The notes beneath the pieces are model-generated. The model was not told where the DNA came from. It worked only from the letters and a program-made list of their open reading frames with translations, and did not search any database. Of a stretch of 64,000 bases of DNA, positions 51,881 to 64,000 are shown in pieces (within the stretch, counting starts at the first letter, position 1; each line of letters starts with the position of its first letter). The DNA is from Epiperipatus broadwayi (taxonomy: Eukaryota; Animalia; Onychophora): NCBI GenBank assembly GCA_028023455.1, contig JAQFVV010000003.1, forward strand, positions 23,684,001 through 23,748,000, in the 5' to 3' direction. A program made the position numbers and the translations under genes.

Positions 51881-51976
51881 CTGAGATAATCCATAGCTTC
51901 ACAATCTCCAAAAGAAGTCGCATATGAATTCTTCATTTTTATCTTGTACCCCAAAAGTTCTAAATGTCAAAAACAT
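51881..51976 (-). other. Candidate host-gene exon (unassigned)
   Basis: Acceptor ctttttctttatag, donor CAG|gtaaga; one frame reads LLGYKIKMKNSYATSFGDCEAMDYL. No homolog recognised and no partner exons found. Confidence 0.25.
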
Positions 51977-52138
51977 CTATAAAGAAAAAGATTCATCCTA
52001 ATAAAAGATACAAAAAAAAACTCATAGCAATTGGCTTCTTTTCTATCTAAAACTAGAAATTGTAGGCTACTGTCTATATCACTGATAAAATGAGTTTCAT
52101 CTCTTTATTTTATATTTTTTTGTGTATATCAGTGATGT

Positions 52139-52304
52139 AAAAAAAAAAAAGAAAGAGACCACATGTTAGATGGATGGATGAAATAAGAAAGTGTGCAGGG
52201 GTGATGTGAAGAAGAGAAGCTAAAGACCGGAGAAGATGGATTAAACTTGGAGAGACCTTCATCCTGCAGTGGATTGATAATGGTTGATAATGATGATGAT
52301 GATG
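52139..52304 (+). mobile_element. Short 3' end of an RTE-clade LINE with (GAT)n tail and 11-bp TSD
   Basis: RPHVRWMDEIRKCAG..RREAKDRRRWIKLGETFILQWIDNG*; TSD atcagtgatgt at 52128-52138 and 52305-52315. Confidence 0.9.
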
Positions 52305-52306
52305 AT

Positions 52307-52390
52307 CAGTGATGTTTATATTCTTTATGCACACCAGTGACGTTTATGTTCTTTATGGACACCAGTGATGTTTATATTCTTTATGCACAC
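52307..52390. repeat. 28-bp tandem repeat x3
   Basis: cagtgatgtttatattctttatgcacac and two variants. Confidence 0.9.
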
Positions 52391-55300
52391 AAATGATGCT
52401 AGCTTGTTATATTTATTGTATCACATAGATATAATTTATTTGCATATAGTCCATTTGTTAGCTATAGACTTGAAAATAATGTGATGAAACATATAGCAAA
52501 ACCAGAGTGATTCCAAAGCATGAGTATAAAGGCATAACAAGAATCAGAATTTGATTATTTGCCTGCATATGCAATCTTTCTATACATTTGATTATTAGTT
52601 TTATAACTCATTACTTGTAAACACAAACATATTATATAAACATAATAATAAATAATAAATTATTAAACTTTTTGAAAATCATTATTTTTATAAAATAAGT
52701 GGATTAGAACGTTAGAAAATTATGGTAGATATGAATTCTATATGAGCATAAATAAATATATAATTACACTAACTACAAACTAAAATTAATAAAAATTATC
52801 ATTTTTTAAACAGATTAAAAAAAAATTAAAATATTATTAAAAAAATTAAAATTTTAAACTTATGAGTCTGATGTTGTGCTTTACGTTGAAGCTTTGTTGT
52901 AGGCCTTGTTTGTGAATAACATCCGAGAAATGTCCACTTGATGACATTTATTGCTTCGTGAAAATTACAAAATTGATCAAAAAACAAAAGAAATTAAATA
53001 CTCTGCTTGATTAAAACTGCTGCCAAAAATCCAAATTTCAACGGATTTTTTTTAGACATCTTTGGAAAGCCACATCATTGCGCTATCAATTGCTCATATT
53101 TGGGTTGACGTCATGCTTATAATTTTTATGTCAGTAAAAAAAAGAAAACAACATGTCAAACGACAATAACTAACCCACTCAAAGAGCCCAACCAATGTAG
53201 TTTTTAGTTAATTATTTTATATATTTAAATGTTATTTGAAAGCAAAGTTATTTAAAAATAATTTAATTACCAAAGTTTTGCTTTGTCTATTAAAAATTAA
53301 GCCATTACAAAGAAGGCTTTAGTTAAATTATCACTAAAATTACACTCAAACTTTAAAATAAAATTTCATGTTGGAATGGAAGTTAAGCAGAAATTGTGTT
53401 GCTATGGTGAAATTTTGACTAGTTTTGAATATGCTGATGATATCAGTTATGGATAGAAATATAAGTCCAGCAAAGATCGATTTTTTTATCAAACATTGCT
53501 GCTTGAATGCTATAAATTTTTTTATAAATAGCATAGGCTCTGTGTGTATGTGTATATATAAGTGTGAACATGTGCATAGTTAATCACAAAAGTGAATAGT
53601 CTACAATAGATATTCGACATTTTGCTGTAATTTTGAAATATCTGATCCAACACATTATCCATCTCAAGTTAATTTTTTTTCTCTGATTATTTTTTTTTGT
53701 TTGGTGGCCCATATGAAAATTTCTTTATTTAACTTTTTACTATGCTGTAAGTCATTCAATCTTTATGTAAATCCTAAAACAGTGAATCAAATTTTAATTT
53801 CTTGTATAACTATTTCTATTGTGTATGTGTGAACATATATACAAATCTGTACATTATTTTTCCCATAATGATTACATAAATAAGGAGGTATCACATATAA
53901 ATTTAGCACAAAAACATGTCTGTATCATTAATATCACTTCATATATCAAATATGGCGATGCTTATTTTTGACCTTCATTTGAGTCCTGTAACAGTATCTC
54001 CAGATATCAGTTATCTGTATATTGACCAAACATTTGTGTGTATTTTTTTCATTAATGATGCTCACACATGCATAATTATTAGAATGCTCTATTTTCAAAA
54101 GTTTGAAAGTGTACATAATTTATATAGGACATTTAAAATACTGTGATTCACTTATAAAAATAGCAAAAATGACATCAAGTAAGTCTGTATGTCATTAACA
54201 TTATATTTCACTTCTGTCTCTGACATTTTTTATTAGCTGATGGCACATTAATGACATGAACCTTTTAAAAAGTTATACTTTTTAACTGTAATAAAATATA
54301 AAAAGAAACTATATCCTTATACATTCTCATGCTAGTGAAGGAAAATTATGATAGTAAAATAATTAGAATAAGAAATGCCTCATTCATTTTTAATTCTTTC
54401 ATCACTCTATATATTTTATGATTATTATTTATATGTTAGTTTTAATCTGTAATAGCTATTGTGAATTTATTTAAACATCATATAAAAATTTTTTTTTTCA
54501 CTCTTTCATTTAAAAATTTGTTTTTGTTTTATATGAATTGTTTAGTTTGATCATATTCTGTGGTTATGATATTGAGGATAAATACCTTAACAGAGTTATA
54601 AACAATATTTAGTTATGGAGCTTTGCTTTGGACTTCTCACATCAAATATTTTTTACAGTTTATAGATGACTGACCATAGTTACAAAAATGCTTATCCTGT
54701 TTTGTCATTTTGTTTCTGGTCTTAATAACGTCTATATAGTTTTATTTTTTGAAAGAATTATCAGGAGTAGAGATTTTAGTATTTGTGTTTCCAATCATGA
54801 TGTGCTTGTCATGTTTTACTTATATTTGTGAGCTAACTATAACAACTATGTTTAAATTTTAACCTGTTTTATTTTGTCCTTTTTCTTTTTTTCTTTTTTG
54901 GAGTTAAAATAGTGATACTTATTTGTAAGTGATTTCCAGTAATAATGATGATGACCAATTTTAGATTCAAAAACCAATTTGACAACATAATGTTATTATC
55001 TTATTTATTAACCAAATGATCATCAGTTCATAAAATATACTGTATATGTATAAAAGTATATATACCTTTGTAATGTAATTAACTATACACAATATATTTG
55101 TGTTCAAGTGCCATTTGATATAGTAAAAATATAACCATATCCATACCCATATTTTGGATTCAAATGTTAGCTAGATAAAACTGAAATTTTTGTCAGGTTT
55201 CAATCAGGCTTAGGAATTTTTGTTCTAGATAGCCAACCCAGGTAATCATCCAATATTGACTAAAAACTGCATATCTAATTATTAACTTTAAGGTAAATCA

Positions 55301-56269
55301 AAGATGATAAAAGATCTAAGTTTTCTCTATCCTGAAATTAACAAGTCTTATAAATAAATTATCTTCTTCACTATACTATATTTAAAGAGGTTTTTGAGGA
55401 CTATTTCAATTTTATTGTATCATTTATGTTTGTACATTTATATATCCAAATATTTTTTTTTCACTTAAAAGTAGAAATTAATATTTGATTCATCTTCCAA
55501 ACTTTTATTCAAATCAAATAAAAATAAAAGAATTCTGGTAATGAAAGAAGTTTTGATGGAAGCTTCCTATAAGTAATTTTCAACTTTTTTTAATTTGAAA
55601 AAAAATCATTTGCGATTTTTGAAAATCGGACAAATCAAAGTTTTTTTTTCCATTAATAATAATTTTTTGTTTTAATTTTAAAACTTCTGAAAGTGAATTT
55701 TTCAAGTTATTTTTCTAAAAATTATTTTCTAATTTTCTAGATTAATTGACAGAGAAATTTTTTAGAATAAATCATGCAATTAAAATAAATAAAATTAATT
55801 GTCTGTTTAACAATTTTTAAAGTAAAGATATGTTCAATTAATTATTTACTCTTTTCATTATTTTTTCTATATGCAATAAAGTAATATACTGTACGTTTAA
55901 ATTAACAATGCATTTTATTGTTCAATTTTAAAAAATTTTAATTATGCATTTTATTGTTACTATTTCTTTTTTACAGTTTTGACTGTTTTAGTAGTCATTA
56001 AAAAAAAAAAAAAGCCAGTAATATTGTTGATTCACAGATGCAAGAAATATTACAAGATATCTTTTTTTATTAAATTAAAAAGATTTATAACAAGTTATGC
56101 TTATTTTAAAACTTTCCCTGTTCTTGAGATAGTTCTGGAATCAATTCTTTATTAGGGAGTTTATTTCAAACTTGATTGATTTATTTTCAGATGTAGTATG
56201 AAAGAGCCAAAAAATAAAAATAAAGCATCATTTCCACATAACGTTTTTATATTAAACATACTGCCTTTT

Positions 56270-56380
56270 GTCTTGCGTTGTTAGCCGAGAGGTATCGCAG
56301 CCGCCATGCAAGCAAGTAGTTGGTTGCAGACGGGTGTGGGTTCGCGTCCCGGCAGATGCTATGACATATGAAAAAAAAAA
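56270..56380 (+). mobile_element. Young tRNA-derived SINE with poly(A) and 16-bp TSD
   Basis: A box tagccgagagg, B box ggttcgcgtccc, tail tatgacatatg(A)n; TSD aaacatactgcctttt at 56254-56269 and 56381-56396; CpGs intact. Confidence 0.9.
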
Positions 56381-57660
56381 AAACATACTGCCTTTTAATT
56401 TTTATAAATTTTAAAAGTCTGACTTACAATTAAGAACTGTATTTCTCCTTATTTGATGTTTCATTTTTTGCTTTTATCAGAATTATGGAGACTATATAGC
56501 AATTTAATAAAATAAAAATGTTTTTATTCTATAATGGATTTTGTTTTTTAAATAAAACATATGCTCACATATGCATGCAAAATATATCTGTTTCGGTGTG
56601 AAAAGATAATAAATTTAGAATTAAGAAAATAATTTATATATATAACTAATAATAATAGGAATTAACGCTTTTTAAATGAGCTTCCTTGTAAAAACTTTCT
56701 AATTAATTACATAATAACGGAGTGAATCTGAGAATTAGATGTTTGGATTGATTCTTAGTTGAACTAAATAAAATAAAATCTGCTTGATCACATGAAACTG
56801 TTATGATCATCTGACTCTCGAGTGCTAGACCGTCACATCTCTTTTGAGTAAAATAACTAATGTGATTAACTAATTGTTATTCTTAATTAATGTAATAATA
56901 AAATTTTCATTGATTTTCGTCTAAAGTTTTTTTTTTTGTTTGCAAGGTTGAAATCAAAATTGGCTTACTTTATTACCCAAAGATGCCTTTTTACTTAGGA
57001 AAATGATATTTGATTGCTTGATTTTTTTTTCTTATCAGTTAAATATACAAAAAATAATCTCTGCCTGGTTGCCATTTCAAGTGCATTCAAATCATTTGAG
57101 AGCAGACAATTCAAATGCTTCCAATATATTTATAACATAAAAAAGAAAACTGTCTGATCTATAAACTTAAATGTCAAGAGAATTTTGATTACTGCAAATT
57201 TATCATTTATCTTCAAAACTTTTTTTGTGTTTTGTCTTTACTGATAGTTTGATTTCTTTCTGCACACTAGAAACCAAAAGGTGACCCACTTTAAACTTAA
57301 AATCCAGGAAACATTCCTTTATATGCAACAGTTAAATCTTAAAAGTTGTGGATATTTGATAATATTTTTAATAATTTTCAAAAAATGACTTAACATAATG
57401 TCCAGAAGAAATATCATTCCAGGCTTGACTTTTATATCATTACATTTTTCAATATAAAATAATTTTTTGAATAAAGGCCTTACTGCCTTGGAGTGCAATG
57501 TAGATTCAAGAGCTAAAGATTCTTGAATCAAAACTCAATTTGTCATTGCTAAAGCTTATCATATGATTTCCCAAGCATCTTACTATTTAATTTATTTATA
57601 TACTGAAAAGATTATTTTTTAATGATATTTTTTGTTTTTAATGATACTACTAGTATATCA

Positions 57661-58054
57661 AAATATAGGGGATTTGAACTCAGACTTTCAACAATATTGG
57701 CATCAGCATGGGATTTGGGAATTCTATCATTAGATTTTCAGTGGTATGGATGGCTGAAGAGTTGGAGGTTGGAATGGGTTGAAGCCTGTCCATTAAAGTA
57801 TAAGGATTTGCTATCTTAATATAAATTGAGTACTGATTATATCTATGTATGGGAGATAGTAGTCTGGACCAACTTATGAGTGCTGGTTTAGCATGAAATA
57901 CATATATTGATGATTATTTATCTTTTCTGCATGTGTGGTCATGTGCATTGGTCATATGAGATAGTGTAAATAGTGAAAGGGCTTGAAAGTCTGAGTTCAA
58001 ATCCCATATATTTTCAATTAGGCTTCAGGTATGAGTGCTTGTTATTTCATATCT
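57661..58054 (+). mobile_element. Family C HHR-bearing element with inverted 3' end and 13-bp TSD
   Basis: atatagggg.atttgaactcagactttcaa pairs with ttgaaagtctgagttcaaatccc.atatat; TSD tactagtatatca at 57648-57660 and 58055-58067. Confidence 0.85.
57868..57910 (+). ncRNA. Type I hammerhead motif (family C; G5U)
   Basis: accaa CTTATGA gtgct ggttt agcat GAAA tacata ta ttga. Confidence 0.7.
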
Positions 58055-59444
58055 TACTAGTATATCATTGGATAGAGTAAGACACATATAAAAAATTAAT
58101 ATAAATGGAAATTCAACAAATGAGGGGGAAAAATCCAATTTCTCATAAGATACTGTATAATTTTTTTAAAATTCTTATTAATCAAATTAAATTGAAAAAA
58201 AAAAAAAAGATTAGTTTATATGATGTTTTAGTATCAAAAATAGCAGATTGAGTTTCAATCCAGGGATATCTCTTTAATATTAAGAAGTCAGATTAGTAAT
58301 ATTTTTAAAAAAGACTAACAATATTTTTTTTTTAAAAAGAAAAAGAAAGAAGTAATGAAATTTGTCCGCAATTAAAAATGATAATTTGGTCAAATTAAAA
58401 AAAAATCAAACTTTATTTTTTTTAAAAAAAAAAAAAAAAGCAAATGTATCTATATTTGCAGTTAAAAAAAGTATAAATCTTTCTTTATAAAAATTAATAA
58501 ATTCAAGTGAGAAAAACAAAATCATTTAAATAAAAATCTCTTTACTGCTTTTCAGCTCATTCTATATTTCAGAAGAATGATTTGTGAAGCAGAATAACTG
58601 AAGGTGTCAAGCCATTGTTGCAGGCAAGAGAAAATTAATTAAAAATTTGAAAACACTCCACCAGATAAGTAAAAATAGTCTGTTCCCACCAAACAGAAAC
58701 TGTCCAATAAACTGGGGGATTAATAGCACGGACATGGATGAAAACACCAAAAACCAATTGGATTCAGCAGGCACATAAGGTAAATCCATTCTGATAGAGA
58801 AAAGGTATAAATAGACTGCAAAATTATTATTATTACAGTTAATTGATTCAGAGACACAAGATTTACAAGAGTACTAAAAAAGTTACTAAATGAGACCATT
58901 AAACAGCCTAATGAAAAATCCTAATATAACCTTCGGCTAGAGACCACTTGTCCTCTCACCATCTGCAAATTATGTGAACTCCAAGCCTTGCCTAGAAGGT
59001 TTAATGTGCCGTTCAAGACAGACCCTCAGTTATTTAGTAATGCAGTAATAAATGAAGACATGAAATTTAGAAGTAAGCAATTAAAAATGATTCAATTACA
59101 ATAAGATATGAATTAAAATTATAGCTATTAATTTTTTCTAAAACAAAAGAGAGAAAATGTTATATTATTAATCTTAAGAAAAGTTTTCACAATCAATTAT
59201 TAACTTCAGTCAAAAGTTGATGATAGTTTTTTTATCATTATTTAAAAATGAAAACAAGAAATGAAAATCGTTATTATTTAATTAAAAAAACACACACATA
59301 TATGTGTTATATATTTCATTAGTTAAATGCCAATTATTTTATAAAATTTAAGATATGTTCAAATAATAGAAATACTTCTAATAATAATTGTAATAATTAT
59401 TTCAAATGAACCAGCTAAATGGAAATGTCAATCAAAAATATGGT

Positions 59445-60655
59445 AAAAATAATAAAATGCTATATGAATCATAAATACTTATATGCATGTTAACTATATC
59501 TTAATAAAATAACAAAATGTATATGTATAAATATACATCTATACTGGATTGGATTATAAATGCTCCACAAACATGGAATTGCTGATATTACCTGCTTACC
59601 TACCTGTAATGATTCTTAAAAATAATAAAATGCTATATGAATCATAAATACTTATATGCATGTTAGCTATATCTTAATAAAATAATAAAATGTATGTGTA
59701 TAAATATACATCTATACTTGATGGATTATAAATGTTCCACACGGAATTGCTGATATTACGTGATTACCTACCTGTAATGATTCTTAAAAATATATATCAA
59801 CACATATGTGTATAAATATACATCTACCTGAAATACTTTCACAAACCTGGAATAATAATTGTACTACTGATATTATCTGCACATCTACTCAAAATATTTC
59901 TACAGACCCAGAATAAATGATTATAAACATTTATGTATTAATATAATATGTATACCTACCTGAGATGCTTTCACAAACCCGGAATAATAATTACAATACT
60001 GATATTATCTGTACATCTACCTAAAATGCTTTCACATATCTGGAATAATAATTGTACTACTGATATTATCTGTACATCTATTCAAAATGTTTCTACAGAC
60101 CCGGAATAAATGATTCCAAACATTTATGTATTAATATAATGTGTATACCTACCTGAAATGTTTTCATATACCTGGAATAATAACTGTAATACTAATATTA
60201 TTTGTTTATCTACTTTAAATGCTTCTATAGACTCAAAATCAATAGTCAAAAACATTTATTTATAAATTGTGTATGTGTACCTGCTTAAAATGCTTCTATA
60301 GACCTGGAATAAATAATTAAAAACATTTGCATATTAATTGTATATGTATATCTATCTGAAATGCATCTATCAACATCAGAAGATAATTATGAACACTCAT
60401 ATATTATCTGCACCCCTGCTTGAAATGCTTCTATCAGTCTCAAAATGTGATTATCAATACTTGTATATTAATTATATATGTATATCTATCTGAAATGCCT
60501 TTAGACTTCTTCTCATCATGTGAATTAAAAAATGGGTTTTTGCTCGGATAACCTACATGAAATATTTTTAGACTTCTTCTCATCATGTGATCTAAAAAAT
60601 GGGTTTTTGCTTGGATAACCTACCTGAAATATTTTGAGACTTCTTCTCATTATAT
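59445..60655. repeat. Compound satellite/minisatellite array (~170-bp, ~60/75-bp and 67-bp sub-arrays)
   Basis: ~173-bp unit x2 (59445, 59618); alternating ~60/75-bp units 59800-60500; 67-bp unit at 60503, 60570 and 60637. The core ctacctg(aaat) recurs throughout. Confidence 0.85.
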
Positions 60656-62968
60656 AAACTATATTAGGACTTACTAATGAATTATTGTTAATAAAATTGT
60701 TATTAAAAATTAATTTTAGTTGTTCAGTTCCATTTTGCATCACTATCATTCATTGCATCTTGCTCACAAGAATCTCATGCCTCCTGAGCTATGTCTGGCA
60801 TAACCAGACAATGGTAAGTAAGGTTGCAGTGAGATGGAACTCTAGTAGTGCCGTTTGGGAAACCAAACATAAATTTCTAGATGCTTCCAGTCTCTATGGT
60901 GCTACATCCTCTGATGACCAGGAAATATTGTTGTAGGTTGGATGATGACTGCATTGGGGAATGCCAATGATAGTTTTTTTCCTGCAATATGCTCATAAGG
61001 AAACTAGAGCCAACCAATAGTAGGGTTGGCATTGTCCGGGTACAATATAGAGATGCATAATTATATCTTTGCTTTCATTATTATCATATTAAAAATTCAC
61101 AATAATGACCAATCACTTACTGTTAATCCTATCCATTAATAATACTCTTCACTGACCATTTACATCTTTTATATTTTGTACACTTTGGTATCTAATGATG
61201 GCTCATATTACTAGTTAGGCTGTTTCTGCCACCAATGGTGTTTCAGCACAGGAGTTCCATTTCATATGATGAGATTGAGACACTTATCATCACATTTTTT
61301 TGATTATAATTTGAACCAAAAACTTTTCCCTAACTCAGATAATTTTATGCTAAATAAACAACTATTTCATTATATAAAGCAAAAAAAGAAATTGTACAAG
61401 AAAGCATAATAAAAAATCAAGAGAAAAAAACTAGATCAATTAGTTTGATGAAGATTATAGTTATATATCAGAAAAAAAAAGAGATTCAGGAGTTAGATTT
61501 AGCATATTTATTATTTAATGTAATGATAGAGCGATCTATTCAAAGGCTAGCAATCTCCATATTGCAGCTCAACTTTTTCACTTTTGGTGTTCAAATGTTA
61601 TTTATCAGTTCAAGTGGTAAGCCATTTGATTATTTATTTAAGAACTTGCAATTACAATCAGTAAAAGAATTGCAGAAAAGGTTGGCAGATAACCTTCAAG
61701 AAAAGTAATGTTAGAAAGATTTGATATTAGAAATGATAATACAGTAATGTTGTTACAAAAGATAGCAATATTTAAGAGTTAATATTAAGAGAAATATGTC
61801 CATTTTGTCAGACAGTTGATATTAATATTTTACTAACATTTATAGTTAATAATGTTATATACTAAAGATAATGATAGACTCAGTATCTCTAAGAGTGTGG
61901 CATTGTTTTTCTTACTGATACAAGATAACATCGAATTATAAATATATTTTTATTTTTACTGTTGTACATTGATTATTATTTGACAATTCTTATTAATTCA
62001 GGATCCAATTCTCTAACTAATTATAACTAAATACTTGTTTACTAACCATTGTTTATGATGTCAAAAAATTTAAAAATTCATCCAGCCTGGATGTGTGACT
62101 TCCTGGATAGGGCAACCAAATGTATTTGCCACTACCTAATGAAATTTTTAAATAGTAAGTGGCTAATACTAATTATGTTGCCTGATCAGATTATTTTTTC
62201 CCTAGATATAAGTTGTTTTTTTATAAGAAATGTTTAATAATAATTTTATTAAACACTTTTATTGAAGTTAAAAAAATCAGTTTGTTTCTTTGTTTGTTTA
62301 TTAATTAAAATTTGAACTTTTTAAAGTTAGAATTAAATTTTAAAATTGATATTTAATATATTTAAATTCAATAGAACTGCTTGAAATCTGGTAAATAACT
62401 TAAGTAATACCAGCCTAATCCATATGGGAATCTCATCTTCTTAGTAGATCACATAGTTTCTTAGATATAAAACAGCTAATGGAGAAATATTAAAAATATT
62501 CAATAATTTCACTTATCACAATTAAAAATTATTTTTAGAACTTTCATTTATTTTAAATAAGACTCACAAGAGGGTGATATAAAGATTTTTTACCTTTCAA
62601 TTTAATAACATTTTTATAACATTTTAAAATCGATATTTAATATATTTATGTTCAATATAACTTGTTGAAATTTTGTACATTTGTTTAAAATGTCTGTAAA
62701 ACTTATAAGACTCATTATTTTTTAAAATAGGGCTTAGTTTCTTAGATAGAAAGAGTGGGGTGTGTGTGTGTGTGTTAAATAATGCTGACTATCAATTTTA
62801 TTTATTACAATTGCAAGCTTCATTTAAGTGATAAGAAAGTTATTTATAATAGTTTTTGTTTAAAACATTTTTTTAAAAATAAAAATAAAAACTCAAAATG
62901 TAAAATACTTTTCACTTAAAAGAATATTTTATAATTTTAGTTACTTATATACAACATATATTATTAGA

Positions 62969-63600
62969 AGGGATTTGGACAGAGTTTCAAGCTTCCTTCA
63001 CTTATCTACTCCATCTTATATAATTGATGATCGCATGCATGTGAAAAAAGATAAATGATCTCCAATATACATATTGCATCTGAACCAGGATCCAGATTAT
63101 CATTTTTGCACATATATACAATCAGTGGTCAGTTTATATTAAGATAACAAATCTTTAAACTTTAATAGACAGCTTTCAATCTTCTTCACTTGCCAATTCT
63201 TCAGCCATTCATATTATTGAAAATCTGATGATGGAATACTCAAAGCCCTTGTTGATGCCAATATTGTCATGTTCATGTTGGCTTAAAGTAAGTATGAGTA
63301 TGACAATAGGCTTTGAGCATTCTATCATCAGATTTTCAATAATTTAGATGGCTGAAGAATTGGAGAATGGAGAAAATTGAAAACTGTCCATTAAAGTTTG
63401 AAGATTTGTTATCTTAATATAAACTAAGCACTGATTGTATATATGTGTGGTATATGATGATCTGGACCAACTGATGAGTGTTGGTTCAGCATGCAATATG
63501 TATATTGGAGATCATTTATCTTTTTCACATGTATGTGTTCATGTCTATTGGTTATATAAGATGGAGTAGATAGATGAAGGAAGCTTGAAAGTAATCCACT
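62969..63600. mobile_element. Family C foldback (inverted dimer)
   Basis: Arms ~62969-63275 and ~63297-63600 are reverse complements and align with 57692-58010; the left arm lacks the CTGATGA core. Confidence 0.85.
63466..63508 (+). ncRNA. Type I hammerhead motif (family C; A13C)
   Basis: accaa CTGATGA gtgtt ggttc agcat GCAA tatgta ta ttgg. Confidence 0.75.
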
Positions 63601-64000
63601 ATAATTACATCTAAAGTTTAGTATATACATTATACTTGTATTGAAACATATATTATGTATACATATTAAATAAGATATATACATATTACAGAAATATCCA
63701 GTGATTTATATATACACTATATGTGTGAAATTGATTTTAAAATTATATGTATTAAATGTTCATTTTACAATATAGTTTTGGTAAGCATTCTTTTTTTTTT
63801 TAAAATTCCAGTCGAAGTAAAAATATTAAACACTTTTCACTTCAAAGAATATTTCATATGTATTTACTAAACATGATATATACATAAGAGGTATACATTT
63901 TAACTTATAGCAGAAATATCTATGGATGCATATATCAACTATCAGTGTCAAATCAATTTAAACTAAAATATAGTTTTACATTTTTATTTACTGTCAATAC

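Noticed and set aside
59445-60655. CRISPR-like array
   Set aside because: Eukaryotic context, whole units repeat with no unique spacers, and no cas genes.
60911-60945. CTGATGA-ccag-GAAA hammerhead-like motif
   Set aside because: Only 4 nt lie between the cores (no stem II), there is no palindromic stem III, and no second copy exists in the window.
20701-64000. Most short ORFs in the supplied track (e.g. 21089, 29092, 30982, 33074, 44772, 45084, 49996, 57622, 61445, 63424)
   Set aside because: They are low-complexity F/I/L/K/Y-rich products of AT-rich DNA or lie inside non-coding repeats, with no recognisable domains.

Overview
A very AT-rich (roughly three-quarters A+T by eye), CpG-depleted animal genomic window, probably an invertebrate such as an arthropod (inference). 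I could not confidently identify any host protein-coding gene; it reads as intronic or intergenic DNA packed with mobile-element relics. (1) One near-intact, 5'-truncated Penelope-like element (RT + C-terminal GIY-YIG, one nonsense codon, 13-bp TSD) whose pseudo-LTR carries a tRNA-derived Pol III-type module followed by a minimal type I hammerhead ribozyme (HHR). (2) Ten short non-autonomous elements with Penelope-style inverted or tandem architecture (families A, B, B', C, D). With the Penelope they hold 11 recognisable HHR motifs, each family with its own palindromic stem III; one arm starts exactly at the predicted cleavage site, and family D has the architecture but no HHR. (3) Two long copies and one short fragment of a compact, degenerate RT-RNase H retroelement with no visible integrase, endonuclease or recombinase. 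Its RNase H motifs resemble hepadnavirus-like (HEART) or DIRS enzymes, and it carries 3' TCAC-N6-GTGA arrays; one copy is interrupted by a Merlin DNA transposon. (4) Degenerate LINEs (APE-RT, RT + zinc knuckle, RTE 3' ends), tRNA-Gly-derived SINEs, a hAT MITE, long palindromes, a compound satellite and microsatellites. All alignments and translations were done by eye, so boundaries of degenerate elements are approximate.
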